A stretch of 64,000 bases of DNA from Octopus sinensis (GCF_006345805.1 NC_043008.1:24490001-24554000); one strand, 5' to 3'; numbered from the stretch's first letter, positions 39,661 to 53,542 are shown. The notes: generated by a model not told the origin, from the sequence alone. Made by a program: numbers and translations.

Positions 39661-39688
39661 TGGAACATGAAGCGAAAGAAAAGTATAT

Positions 39689-39759
<71 letters not shown>

Positions 39760-42440
39760 TGGTAAAAACGGTAAGATAATAAAAGAAAGAAAGAGACCTC
39801 AATATTATGGAAATAGAGGAATTTATGTGTAAATATAATATGTGACAATTATTCGGTAGCGAAGATAAAACTCTGAGTTTCGGATGCCGAGGTGCAAATC
39901 CACACCACCATCTGTTCATTTATCCGGCCATCGGAAAAACGCTAGGAAAAAAAACCGTTATACAAAGGAAAATTACTGTGTTATAGACTGCTATTTATAC
40001 AAACGCGCTATTCGAATGACCGCTAATTAAGTTAAGGTAAAAAGTTCATATTATACGCGTAAGCGCGCCTGTTCATACGTACACATGTGCGCTCGCACAC
40101 CCACGTTCGTATGCATACATCACTAGAAAAACGTACACATCTTCACTCGCATCTTTCGCCAAATGTATATGCATATACATACAAACCCACACACACACAC
40201 GCGCACCGTGGATTATTAGTAAAGAAATTTTAGGAAAAATAAATGCCAAAATTGAGACCGCTACTAGGCTAGTACAATGGTCCGATAGTATAGAAGTCGT
40301 CGACTGGTTTAAAGCCATTGAGAATAAGAAAAAAGCGAGGTTTACACAATTCGATATTGTCGATTTTTATGCCTATATCTCTAAAGAACTGCTAGATAAA
40401 GCCCTCACCTTCGCTAGCGATTTCATAGAACTCAGTACACAGGATAAGAATATAATCTTCCATGCTAGAAATACTTTACTTTCTAGCGAGAACGCAGAGT
40501 GGGTCAAAACTACCGACACAGATGGTGCTTTCGATGTGAGCATGGGGTCATATGATGGAGTAGGCATATGCAATCTTATTGGATTATTTCTACTCGATAC
40601 ATTAGGTAAGACTTTTCCTGACGTATATTTCGCCATCTACATATTTAGGTCTAAGGAAACGTCTAGGAAATTGACAACCTTCAGGTTGGTATCTATAGTT
40701 ATACTAAGTCCGGGGTTTTTCATTAAATGGATAATATACAAATGGACCAGCACAGGATCGATTTAGGAAGGATATTATCCATTTAATGAAAAACCTCGGA
40801 CTTAGTATAACTATAGATACCAACCTGACGGTTGTCAGTTTCCAAGACGTTTCCTTAGATCTAAATAAGAACATTTATGAGCCTTATAGGAAGCCCAATG
40901 ATAGACTTAGTTATATTAATGTAGGTTCATGCCATCCCTCTATAGTATTTAAAAATTTAGTTAAAAATATTAGCAAGAGAATTTCTAGCCTCTCCTCCGG
41001 TAAGGACATTTTAATAGCGTTGCCCCAGTATATAATAAGGCTCTAAAAGATAGTGGTTTTGGCGAAGAAATAACCTATACACCTGTCACTAGCCCAACAA
41101 TAAAGAAGAGGAGAAATAGAAATAGGAAGATCATCTGGTTCACACCTCCCTACATACCCGAGGTGACCTTCAATATAGGCAAATATTTCTTAGCTTTGAT
41201 AGATTGACGTTTTCCATTTAACCATACTTACAGGAAGCTCTGCAATAAACACAGCTTAAAAATTAGTTTCAACTCAACTACTAATTTTAAAAATATAATC
41301 GCACACAACACACAAAAACCACGCTACGAAAGCAGCTGTTCATGCAGGAATAAAAGAATTGTGCCTGCTAAATGGAGCTTGCATGTCCGAGACCATCATC
41401 TACGAAGCTGCCGTGGACTCTATACCAACTAAAGACACGCTTTCGACCACCAAATACGTGGGCCTTACAGAGGGTAATTTCAAGGCCAGGTTCAGTAACC
41501 ACACCTTGAGCTTTAGTCACTGGGACAAAACGAAAACGACAAAATTATCCAATCATATATGGTCATTAAAAGATAAAGGTGTCAGTTACAACATCCATTG
41601 GAAGATTTTAGTCAAATGTAAGCCCTACACCAACGGCAGCGGTGTACTCTAGCTTCCACCCTGCATTTTTCCTTGTGCCTATATAGACGTGTATATGGAA
41701 CCATTTGTACGCGCATGTGGATGTGTACGTGTGTGCGAGTATGTATGTATATAGATGTGTGAGTGTGTGCGGGCATAAGAGTATATATATGTATAGACGT
41801 TTTTAATCAGTGTTTTTACAATTTTTCCTGTGTTCTTTTTTAGACGTATGTATAATCCTTTTTGTGCGTGCGTGTGTGTGTATGCGTATATAGACATGTG
41901 GGGGTATGTGCATATATAGGCGTGTGTGTGTGTGTGTGTAAGTGCATAAGGGTATATCCGTATATGAACGTGGTTTACTCTTTGTATACTTCCTTATGCT
42001 TTTTTATCTGTATTGTTACCCATAACCCTGTTTTATTCTTGTGCTTGTGCCTATGTATGAATTTTTACTACGGTGCGCGTGTGTGTGTGTGGGTGTGTAT
42101 GTATATGCATATACATTTGGCGAAAGATGCGAGTGAAGATATGTAGGTTTTTCTAGTGATGTATGCGTACGCATGTGGGTGTGCGAGCGCACATGTGTAC
42201 GTATGAACAGGCGCGGTTACGCATATACAATGACCTTTTTACCTTACCTAAATTAGCGCTTTTCTATAAATAGCGGTCTATAACACCGTAATTTCCCTTC
42301 GTATAACGGTCTTTTTTCCTAGCGTTTTTCCGATGGCCGGATAACTGAAGAGATGGTGGTGTGGATTTCCATCTCGGCATCCGAAACTCAGAGTTTTATC
42401 TTGGCTACCGAATAATTGTCACATATTATATTCACACACA
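39760..42440 (+). mobile_element. 5'-truncated Naiad-type PLE with an inverted pseudo-LTR copy at its 5' end
   Basis: 40212-41650 reads QFDIVDFY, MGSYDG, YEPYRKPNDRLSYINVGSCHP, CSCRNK...CLLNGAC, YVGLTEGNFKARF, LSNHIWSLK. 39760-40210 is the reverse complement of 42070-42440. Confidence 0.92.
42339..42401 (+). ncRNA. Type I hammerhead-like motif in PLE pseudo-LTR
   Basis: GGATAA-CTGAAGA-GATG...CATCC-GAAACTCAGAGTT-TTATCT: 6-bp stem I, helix III ACU/AGU, imperfect stem II. Confidence 0.6.
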
Positions 42441-42442
42441 CA

Positions 42443-42546
<104 letters not shown>

Positions 42547-42925
42547 TATACATATATATATATGCCAGATGACGCGAAGGAAAACAAGGATACCGGATTA
42601 TAATAAAAGTGTCTGACCACGGGAGGTCACAATCCTAAACTTACCACTAAAAAGATTCAGTAAGCACAAATTTACACGAAATGTTAGATTACAAATCAGT
42701 CTTCCTATATTGGGGCGAAGTTTTAAAAGTTAAATTCTTAACAATGCAGGCATTCCTACATCAATGCTTCTTGTGTTATATTTGTTATCAATGGTAGTGG
42801 TAATTAGGCGAGAAAATGGTTTCATTTACACATACATACTCGCACATACGACTTACATACATCTCTCTTTATCTTCATATATATGTATATATTTGTTTGT
42901 ATGTATGTATGTATGTATGTATGTA

Positions 42926-42994
<69 letters not shown>

Positions 42995-43957
42995 TCAGCT
43001 CAGATCTGTGGCCATATACATGTATGTTTATGCACAGAGAAGGAAAGAGAGACAGACAGACAATGATGGGGGGTGGGGTGCAGAGAGAAGAAGGAAAAGA
43101 GGTAGAAGAGGCAGTAGAAAGATAATCTACATGAAATCATCATAAACGTAATCGATTTCAAAGTAAAACTAGATTTATTCAATAAAACTTCCTGAAAGCA
43201 AAACAACAACAACATCAATAAAATATGCCGATAATGATATTGATAATGTTGCTGTAATGATATTAATGATGATGATGGAGATGATAGAGGTACTGGTTTT
43301 GCAGATTCTCATAATCTAAAAGTTTATCAGGACTTCTCTTAACTGAGAAAAAAAAAATTGAACAAAGTATTTCCAATATGTTATGCCATATAAATATTTG
43401 TATGTGTATCTCTCTCTCTCTCTCTCACTCTCACTCTCTCTCTCTCTCTCTCTCTCTATCTATATATCCATCTATCTGTCTATACATATATATGTATGTA
43501 CATATGTGTGTGTATCTATATTTATATGATTTTCTGTATGTTTTTGTTTGTTTGTTTGTGTGTGTGTGTGTTTGTGTGTGTCTGTTTACTAGAGATTATA
43601 TCATACATTGAACATGCTTTTCTAGGCACACTTACACTTACTCACAGAAATTTGCACACTGCAATCTAGACCTGCTATACATACGTTTATGTACATGTAT
43701 AAGAAATAATTTCTCAGATTGTTAAGATTGCTATTTAGCTGAAAAGTTAAAGTAAAATTCTTTCCGTTTTGCACTCTGGTGCTAACTTTAATGAGATATA
43801 TTCAATGAACCAATGTGCGGTTACTTTGGATAAAGATACATACTTACTCCCCCCCCCCATATATATATATATACACACACACACATATATATATATATAC
43901 ACATACATATATATGTATATATATATATAAATATATATATGTATATATATATATATG

Positions 43958-44017
<60 letters not shown>

Positions 44018-44815
44018 TATACATACAATGCGAATGTAAATAAATGTATATTGAAAAATATTCACAGGCGTGTATGTATGCATATGTATTTATTATATAT
44101 AAATATATGTACATATGTATGTATGTGTTTATGTATATATATATATATATATATGTAAGACTGTTTGTGCGCGCGCGCGTGTATGTGTGTGCGTACTTCT
44201 GTATATAAAAACACAAATATGTGTATGTTCGTGCATGACTGCATGTGTGTGTTTGTGAGTGTGTGTGTGTTCGTGTGTATACAGATATGTCGTAATTGAC
44301 ATGATTCTGACATGATTTAAAAGCTAAAAAGAAGTGAGATTGTAGGGTGTAGCAGCTATCAAACAATATAAGCTAATTCCAAGATTTTTCTTTCCTTTTT
44401 CGTTGTTGACAGTGATATGAAAATAGTTTTCCATATTTCGTCTGTTTCTTTTTTTAAAACTTGGTTTTAATTCGTTTTATTTTTATGTTTTATTACTATC
44501 TATTTTTTTTCTAACTCGAACAAATAATCAGATAGTACTCAACTCTGTGAAGCTGTTAGATCATATATTTATATAATATGTTCTTTGAGTCGTCATAGAA
44601 TTGCATTAATGTCTTAAACTCGTGTATTCTTGTATTTTTTATTGACATTGTACGAGATTATGTTTTATGGGGCATTTTAAAAAATTGATTGATTAAAAGC
44701 AGCATATGACTGGTATTTAATTTACCGATGCAGTGGAAATGCTGCATAAATGGGCATCTAGAATATAAATGAATGTTTTCAACGATATGCCTGGTTTCAG
44801 AATTCTGTTTAAGAA

Positions 44816-45250
44816 CAGAATTAGGTAAGTTGAAATATGTTTCTCTCATATTTAAACTGCTAAAATGTAAATACATTGCAGTTACCGTGGAGAAAAAAAA
44901 TCTCTCTTATGGTAAAAAGGTGTAAAACACCTTGTCCGTTCAGTGTTGCCATCTATTAGGAATCTCAGACATCGATGTTTCAAGCTTCTTGTCTATTTTC
45001 TATGAGATTTACTTAAAGCTGTAGCTTTGTAAGTCCGTTTAGAATTGCCTCTCTTAGGTACATCTCATTGAAAATAGACAAGAAGCTTGAAACATCGATG
45101 TCTGAGATTCCTAATAGATGGCGACACTGAACGGACCGGGTGATTTTTCCTCTTTTTACCACAAGAGAGACTTTTCTCCACGGTAACTGCAGTGTATTTG
45201 CTTTTTAGCAGTTGAAATATGACAAACATATATCAACTTACTCAATTCTG
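44816..45250. mobile_element. Foldback/MITE-like long inverted repeat (~190-bp arms, ~53-nt loop)
   Basis: 44816-45008 pairs with 45062-45250; the inner ~65 bp differ at a single position. Confidence 0.85.
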
Positions 45251-45959
45251 CTCATATCTAAACACGGCTTAGCACTAATAATTCATTATTCTGTTTAAGG
45301 AGTATGTTGAGAGTCCGAAATACTCTACCAGAGACGTTAATTACAGGAAATAAAGCGTATTTTTGATTTACAGCTTGTACCTTATGTCTAAAGATTTTTG
45401 GCTATGTTACGGAGAAGTGTAACAGTAATAAATGTAAGTGGAATGTTCAAACATTTGGAGATCTACATAATATGATGAAATTCCATCTTCTTTCTTAATT
45501 CCTTCCAACTCATTTGGATTTGAAAATAACCAACAAAACCTACAGCATTAGATTCTCTACAACGAAACTCTACTCTTACTCTCGCTCCTATAAGAGTATG
45601 TACACTGATGCTATGATAGTGTAACTCTGTCGAAGTTACAGTAGCTCGAAACGTTTTGCTTTAGTTTACTAGGGCTCAGAGCAACCGAAATCATTCGTAT
45701 TCCCAAACATCATTAAAACGCAATATTATAGACCATCACTTGCATTCTCAAATCCTGAAAAAAAACCTCATAACTCTGGTCAGCCTTGTAGAAATTATTA
45801 GTATCTATGATACACGTGGGAAATTGTTACAACTTACCGCCATAAGGTACTGAAGCAAATCTCACTGTAATACAGAACGGCACCCACACAGTGACAGGCC
45901 GTAAAAGGGAGAGTGAGTCGTTCATTTTGTCTGTAGACAGGGGTAGTGCCTTGAGTAAG

Positions 45960-46170
45960 TACTAGCAACCAAGGATACAGTGAAGATGTCGGCAGCAGAA
46001 CCTTGGATAAACCACACGGTAGAGAGATCTGAAATCAAAACAGCTAGATGGGTAATGCGTCTAAGAGAAAGATCTCTAGTATTAGACAACGGTTAGGCGT
46101 GAACTAGCGAGTAAGCTGCTACTGCGGAGCAGTCTCATCGTCGACCATGCTCGTTGCACACATGTACACG
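45960..46170 (+). mobile_element. Old RTE-like LINE 3' remnant
   Basis: ERSEIKTARWV...IRQRLGV resembles the RTE C-terminal region. Confidence 0.35.
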
Positions 46171-46219
46171 ACTTGGTACCTGGCGTGGAAGCCCAGAGAG
46201 CGAGAGACAGTTTGTTGAG

Positions 46220-46270
<51 letters not shown>

Positions 46271-47479
46271 TTGTGGGGGGACGGCGCCAACTGTCTTACT
46301 CATCGTCCAAGTCGTTTTGTTCGGTGGGAATCTCTACAACGATGGAGTAGATGTGACGACTGTAATTGTAACTGAGACCTGCTGGCACGAGATCTGCAAA
46401 CAGGCAGCTCGCTCCTGAGGGTCACAGTGACTATTGAACCATAAGTACCAGTAGATTAAGGCAGCGGTACGAGAGTCCAGGCAACCCTATTCAGGCAGCA
46501 CTGCGTGCCTCTGAAAGGGAAGCCTCTAGAAAAGGTTGGTAAAAAAAGTGGGCTCAGACCAAAACCTAGCTAATTCACCCCGGCCTGTGGGTGTTCACTT
46601 TAGCTGATGGCTGAGGTTTGTAGTTCCAGCCGTTGAGGAGAAACATCAGAGAGAATACAAAAGAGTATACGTATAACGACACTTCTCTGTTGCATTAAGT
46701 CAACTTCACCTGTAGCAGATGGAGAGAAGGCTTTGTAGCCCATGTGCGACCTGCCAGAAATGGTTTCTGAACAATCAGCGTCGACTTACGATGGACGGCC
46801 AACCACCGCCGCTAATGACGACGACGACAACTACTACGACCACGACCACAACACTTTGACTGCAGTTATTAAGACATAATCTATTCTTTTCTTTACATGA
46901 GATTATGCTCTAGGCTTGTTGATACAAATCTCCGGTTTTGGTTTCGTGGAAATAGATACATCGATGATACAATTCATAATGTAGTATAAAAGCATATAAA
47001 CAATTATAAAATCGATAATGTCATATAATTATTTCAATGTGTTTTTATACAACAAGTATATATTTCTGTACAATTACATAGCCATTCAGTCATTAATACC
47101 TTAACGATCGATTAACGAATATAATTAAATACTGCTATCAATGAGAGCTAGTTTACACGTTTCTGTGCAGACATAATACGGATGAAGAGTAATGCGACTA
47201 ACCGAAGTAATATTAACCTGGAATACTATACCAGTAAGCAAACATGATATATATGTAACAAGGGGTTGCCACTGTAACATGAACATTGGCTACACGGAAA
47301 ATTTGCCTTGCTACTGCTGGAACAAGAGGTTAATTAAGAAACAAAACTCATCGTGTTACGAAAAGTAAAATGCATTCTTGATTGGAATAAATGAAAGCGC
47401 CATTCTTAAACTTCGTAAGTAATTTAATATCAATTCAGAACCAGGTAAGAATTCACCAATATCATACTTCGGTTGAAGG

Positions 47480-47900
47480 GGTACTTAAATGAAGAATGAG
47501 TACATATTATCTTGCCTTGTCACGTTCCATCTGTAGAAGGCAAAATAAAATGTATGAGAGAATTTCATATGCTATTTAGGTTTGCTTCTCGTGTAAAAGC
47601 AAGTCATGCACATGTGCGTCTTAATGACCGGAGTTCCACTAAGGCGTTTGGTTCTTTGGGCCACGTGTTACAAAATCTGTATGCTCTCAACACAAGAGAT
47701 GTCTCTAGCATGAAGTCTGGCGATCGAAGAGAGATTGAGGTTCTACGGGTATTCAATATATAGCCCAGAGACTGTTGGCTCCCCACTGGCGACTAAATTA
47801 CATCTTAGAACATTCTACGGCTCATTGGGATTAGTACAAGGGACATAAATCCAATTTCTTCGACGCTCCTAGAATGTTTGCCAAGGGAGATCGCTGTCGG
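47480..47900 (-). mobile_element. Degraded Tc1/mariner-superfamily transposase C-terminus
   Basis: ORF 47604..47786 contains RSPDF and PNALVELR...CA, matching the WPPRSPDL...L.ELK pattern. Confidence 0.5.
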
Positions 47901-48012
47901 TAATTCCCATGATTCGTAAATTAGGCAATGACAAATCTGTTTCAAATTACGTAACTCCTACATATATATGTGGCTATGTATGTGTGTATGTATTTATATG
48001 TAAGTATGCATG

Positions 48013-48824
48013 CGAGGTCTAATCAATAAGTATCCGGACTGTTGCCATGGTAACAAAGCTAAAGCATTCAGAGTAAGGCCGCTTGGCACAGATTGACATT
48101 GAATGCTGTTGTATACGCGCACTAAGTTTTAAGTTCTGGCTCACTTCCATTGTTTACAGCAGTGCTTGGAAGGAAGGTGTGTAGCGTGTGATCGCCGCAT
48201 TGACGATAACAGAGAAAGTTGTCATGATGATACTTGTTCAGAAAGTTTATGAAAAGAGTGCACGAGCCACACACAAGTGTGCGAGTGGTTCACACGTTTC
48301 GAAGATAGTCACAACAATGTCGATAATGACGGACGTTCTTGGAGAATCGCAACCAGCAAAGCAGGGGAAAACATCGCAGATATGTGTGCAGCTGTGAGAG
48401 GAGATCGTTGAAATACCGTCTGTGAGTTGTCAGAGGATGTGCAGATTAGTCACGGTTCAGTTCAGTCTATTATCACTGAAGGCTTGGATATGAGACGCGG
48501 GTCTGCCAAGTTTGTGCGAAAAGAGCTTTCAGCTGACCAAAAAAGCACTCAGGTTTCAGTTACTTGATTGTGTCTTGAAAGATTAAAACTTTTTGCAAAT
48601 TTGCGTAAGCCTCTGAGCAATTATCACCAAGGTTTTGGCAAAATTTGATGCAAATTTCTGTCATGGTCAATGCGACGTTTATACGCTACACACCTACCGT
48701 CCAAGCACTGCTGCAAACAGCGGAAGTCAACTAGAACATTAAACTCAGTGCGCATGCACAATACTCTGCATACTTTAGCTTCGTTGCTACGGCAAGAATC
48801 CGGATATTTATTGATCAGATCATG
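48013..48824 (+). mobile_element. Internally deleted mariner with ~190-bp TIRs
   Basis: CGAGGTCTAATCAATAAGTATCCGGA versus TCCGGATATTTATTGATCAGATCATG-TA. The N-terminal HTH remnant reads VCEWFTRF...DGRS...ISHGSVQSII...SAKFV. Confidence 0.85.
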
Positions 48825-48864
48825 TATATGTATATATGCATATCTGTGTGTATCTCTCTCTTTT

Positions 48865-48950
<86 letters not shown>

Positions 48951-49088
48951 ATTATATATATATATTATATATATATATACCGGAGTAAACACATAAATGT
49001 GAAACAAGGTGGAAAAAAGAGTACTCAAATACCAGTGGAAGAGTAATATGCTTTATTTAAAGCAGCAGAAAATTCAACAAAATCTGTT

Positions 49089-49122
49089 ACTCTGAGTTTC
49101 TCGTTGCCGTTCATCAGAGAGT
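49089..49122 (-). ncRNA. Minimal type I hammerhead motif in the PLE 3' pseudo-LTR
   Basis: ACTCT-CTGATGA-ACG[GCAA]CGA-GAAAC-TC-AGAGT: canonical core and 5-bp stem I, weak stem II. An alternative helix III (ACU/AGU, GUA triplet) is possible. Confidence 0.65.
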
Positions 49123-50295
49123 TTTTGCTATAGTGGAACCGATATATCAATTCAATCCAGACTCTTACAAACGCTACACCTTTAAAAAAAATCGACTCGT
49201 TTGATTGGCCCTTTAGAAATAACGGTCAATCTTCGAGCGATAAACAAAACATGAGCTCAAAAATATATGTATATATATATAAAAAAATGATAAAAATTAT
49301 AAAAATTATATAATTCGAGGAAAAAACCTTACATTGAATAAAATACATATTGACGTTAATGAAGATAATATAATTAATGCATGGAAATAAAACGCATTAT
49401 AAATATTACACTGCAATACATATTCATATTAAAGTGTACATATATATATCAACATACACAGAAGGATGCGTGCAAACGCCAGACATATACAGACGTATAA
49501 ATATAAATATAAAATATACACACAAATGCATGCATACATATATGTACGCAATCTATCTCGCACGCAAGTTAAAATCATCGATGCTAATGTAGCGTTTCTT
49601 ATTTACGGAGTAAAGCTTAAGTAAGGGGGACGTAAAGTTGTATCAGTATCAGTTAGAGAAAAAAACGAAAGAAAGGAAGAGAGAGAAAAAGGAAAGAAGA
49701 AGGGGGAAGGAAAAAAGAAAAGGTAGGGGTGGGGAAAAAACGAAATAAGAAAAATTATGTATACAAGCTGTGTAACCGCGTTATTGACATGGAGACAAAT
49801 TGACATGGAGACAAATATACAAATACACAAGTTCGAATGGATAGATACACATATAGTTGTGTATGTGTGTGCTTAAGCACAAACATACGCTCACTTACAC
49901 ATACACAGAGACGCATGCTTACAAATATATATCCATGGCTATACACATATTTTCATCAAAATTCTAATTTTTGACAACATTGCTTTTTAAAAAAAGGTGA
50001 GTGCAATAATAAAAAATATACGAAAGATATATAAAATATAACACCCTATTTTGGATCATCTATAAATTAAAAATCAAGGTAATCCTATACAATACAATAA
50101 CATGAAATAAACAAAGCCGAAGGTTTTTCCTAATGTATATGTAAAAATATAAACAAAATAAACAAAATATATGCATGAGACTTTGCTATACGGAATGAAA
50201 TCTGCATAGCGCGAAACAAATCCATCGTCGCGTTTACATACTAGTCCAAGAGTCAAAATGAAAATTTCAAAAATCAAAAATACAAAATATATACT

Positions 50296-52434
50296 CTATC
50301 CATATGGTATATTTATATTTGACATTTTAAATTTGGTTGCGTGTCTACATAAGTTCATTACCTCACTTCTTTGATTCAAAGAATTATTGTCTTTGAATAA
50401 AATATACAGTTTCTCTAATAGGCAAAGCTTGCATTGAAAATTATTTCTGTGTGCTCCATGCCTGTATGGTGCCGCTCTGTCCAGAATGCTCCATGTCACG
50501 TTGAAAGGTGGGGTTTCCTTTTCTTTTAGTTCCCAGACATATTTTCCTAGGCTGGTCCTCTTCCTATTCTCTGGGTATCTAAATGCATTTTTATGTGAAT
50601 AAAATCGTGTTTTAAATGAATTTTCTGAAGCCCCTGTATATGTCTTGTATTCCGATGAGCCTTCTATTTGCACCTTGGCTCTATAAACTACTCCTTTCAC
50701 TAGACATTTCCCTTCTAACGGACAAGAGTTTTCGTTTTTGAAATTGCATTTCTTAATGGGCTCGGCACCATGTTTAATCTCAATCAGATTCCTATTATGT
50801 TGGCTAATGTAAGAGGCGAAATTTCTGCAACAAGAATAGCTAACCTTCAGGGTTCTTCTATTAAATATCCTATAGAATTTATGGCCCTGCTTAAAATGCT
50901 TAGAGACTAATCTCAAAAATTCCTTACCTATATTAGTCTTTACGGCCAAATTGAAAGCCGGGTTGAACCACAAAACTTTCCTGGTCCTAGTTCTTCGTGC
51001 AGCATTATTATCAGCATTAAGCTGGCTGTATTGGATCTTCTCAGAGAATCCACTATTCTTTAATGCGCTATCGTAATAAGGTGCAGCATTATGGAATGCT
51101 GCCTCGTCCGAAGAAATTGAAGATATTCTTCTACCTACATTGCTGACTAAGTTCCTAAGGATAACTGGTGGATGGTTCGAATCTTTGCTAATATACGATA
51201 GCTTTTCATTGGGCTTACGGAAAGGTTTAAATCTATCCGACCTTACATTAAAATTTACGTCTAAAAAATCTACACTATTCAGGTTAGCATCTATTGTAAC
51301 CCGTAATCCCATTCTTTGAAAGAAAGCAATAAGGTCCTTCCTAAGTCTATCTGATTCATGGCCGTTTAGATTATGCGTGGCTATAAGGCCGTCATCCCTA
51401 TATAAACCTGCATCTTTAAATGGGAATTCTATTTTTAGATTATGGAGAATAAAGGCTCATATGAGCATACATAACTCAGCCCCGTCGTACATCGAAAAGA
51501 GAATCCTCAGTCTTCTTAATCCAGGTGGAATCCTCGAAAAAAGAAGCGATTTCCTCGCATGCATAATAATATCAATTTCCGAGCTGACATACTGCTTGGC
51601 GAAGTCGATGCTGACATACTGCTTGGCGAAGTCCAATGCCCTTAGGAGCAACGTCCTAGATATTGACGGGTAAAAGTCAATAATGTCGAATTGTGTGAAA
51701 CTACAATTATTCTTATAGCTAATACCTTTAAACCACTCTATGACTGACTTACTATTCTTCCAAATTCTCAAGTCTACTTCACTATCTAACTTAGCTAAAA
51801 TACGGTCCAAAATATTTTTGCTAATAATTCCTATCTCAGTTTTAGCCGGATTTATCAATCTACATTTGGGGTTTCTATTAAAATTGGCTTTATGGTCTTT
51901 TAGAGTAATAACAGCTGGTCGTGGTGAAAGATATTCAATTCTATCGCTAATCTTAAGATCGTTAGCTATTCCCCTTGCTTCTAAGTTCACCTCTTTGTAT
52001 ATATTCGTGTTATCTTTTTTGTATGTATCTGTGACACTATTCGAAATCAGGCGCTTATAAACGCCCTTATCAAGTGCATATAAGTTCCTTGTCTTATCAG
52101 AATTAACGAAGATCTTATTCGAGTTGTTAATCTCCTTAATTTTTTCTCTCATATTTCTCTGTAATTGGTTGGTATATTTGCGGAATTTAATTTTCCTAAT
52201 AAGTTCGATCAGGTCTTTCTCGAAGGCTTCTAATTCCGGAATAGGTGGCGGGTTTCTGGGAGATTTAAATCCATATTTGTTTCCGTCTGTTTTCTGTTTA
52301 GTATCAAAGAAGAAAGCTTTCCATCTCAATCTTCGAATAAACTCTTCCGTTTTCTCTATAAGACCTTTGAGATATTGCTTCCGTGCAGGGATAGGTATAT
52401 TTTTCTGAGAAAAATCCAGCGGGTAAAGTTTCAT
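50296..52434 (-). pseudogene. PLE reverse transcriptase-GIY-YIG endonuclease ORF (713 codons, one in-frame TGA)
   Basis: The 325-aa and 338-aa ORFs share a frame and are joined across TGA 51457-59 by AFILHNL...GLYRDDGL. Motifs: QFDIIDFYPSI, YDGAELC, FLDVNF, CPLEGKC, YTGASENSFKTRF, CKLCLLEK...CRH. Confidence 0.95.
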
Positions 52435-53477
52435 ATTTTTCAGCTGTTTGTTCTTCCTACTTGTGCAGAGTCGCTTAAACTTTTATAAGGAGCGGGTTAC
52501 ATCGGAGTAAACACTGGTATTTGAGTACTCTTTTTTCCACCTTGTTTCACATTTATGTGTTTACTCCGGTGTAACCCGCTCCTTATAAAAGTTTGAGCGA
52601 CTCTGCACAAGTAGGAAGAACAAACAGCTGAAAAAGATGGAACTTTACCCGCTGGATATGTATTTGTAAGCATGCGTCTCTGTGTACGTGTAAGTGAGCG
52701 TATGTTTGTGCTTAAGCACACACATACACGACTGTATGTGTATGTATCCATTCGAACTTGTGTATTTGTATACTTGTCTCCATATATGTCAATAACGCGG
52801 TTACACAGCTTGTATACATAATTTTTCTTATTTCGTTTTTTCCCCACCCCTCCTTTTTCTTTTTTCCTTCCCCCTTCTTCGTTCCTTTTCTCTCTCTTCC
52901 TTTCTTTCGTTTTTTCTCTAACTGATACTGATACGACTTTACGTCCCCCTTACTTAAGCTTTACTCCGTAAATAAGAAACGCTACATTAGCATCGATGAT
53001 TTTAACTTGCGTGCGAGATAGATTGCGTACATATATGTATGCATGCATTTGTGTGTATATTTTATATTTATATTTATACGTCTGTATATGTCTGGCGTTT
53101 GCACGCATCCTTCTGTGTATGTTGATATATATATGTACACTTTAATATGAATATGTATTGCAGTGTAATATTTATAATGCGTTTTATTTTCATGCATTAA
53201 TTATATTTTCTTCATTAACGTCAATATGTATTTTATTCAATGTAAGGTTTTTTCCTCGAATTTTATAATTTTTATAATTTTTATCATTTTTTCATATATA
53301 TATACATATATTTTTGAGCTCATTTTTGTTTATCGCTCGAAGATTGACCGTTATTTCTAAAGGGCCAATCAAACAAGTCCATTTTTTTAAAGGTGTAGCG
53401 TTTGTAAGAGTCAGATGAACGGCAACGAGAAACTCAGAGTAACAGATTTTGTTGAATTTTCTGCTGCTTTAAATAAA

Positions 53478-53542
<65 letters not shown>

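Larger units (their letters stand above)
48978..53480 (-). mobile_element. Near-complete Naiad-type Penelope-like element with inverted pseudo-LTR arrangement
   Basis: RT + GIY-YIG ORF 52434-50296; 3' pLTR 50290-48978; 52660-53480 is the reverse complement of ~49050-49935. Confidence 0.95.

Noticed and set aside
51457-51459. In-frame TGA as selenocysteine (known in some Naiad PLEs)
   Set aside because: It aligns with the Gly of the LIGLFL motif in the 40536 copy rather than a Cys, so it is most likely a GGA-to-TGA mutation.
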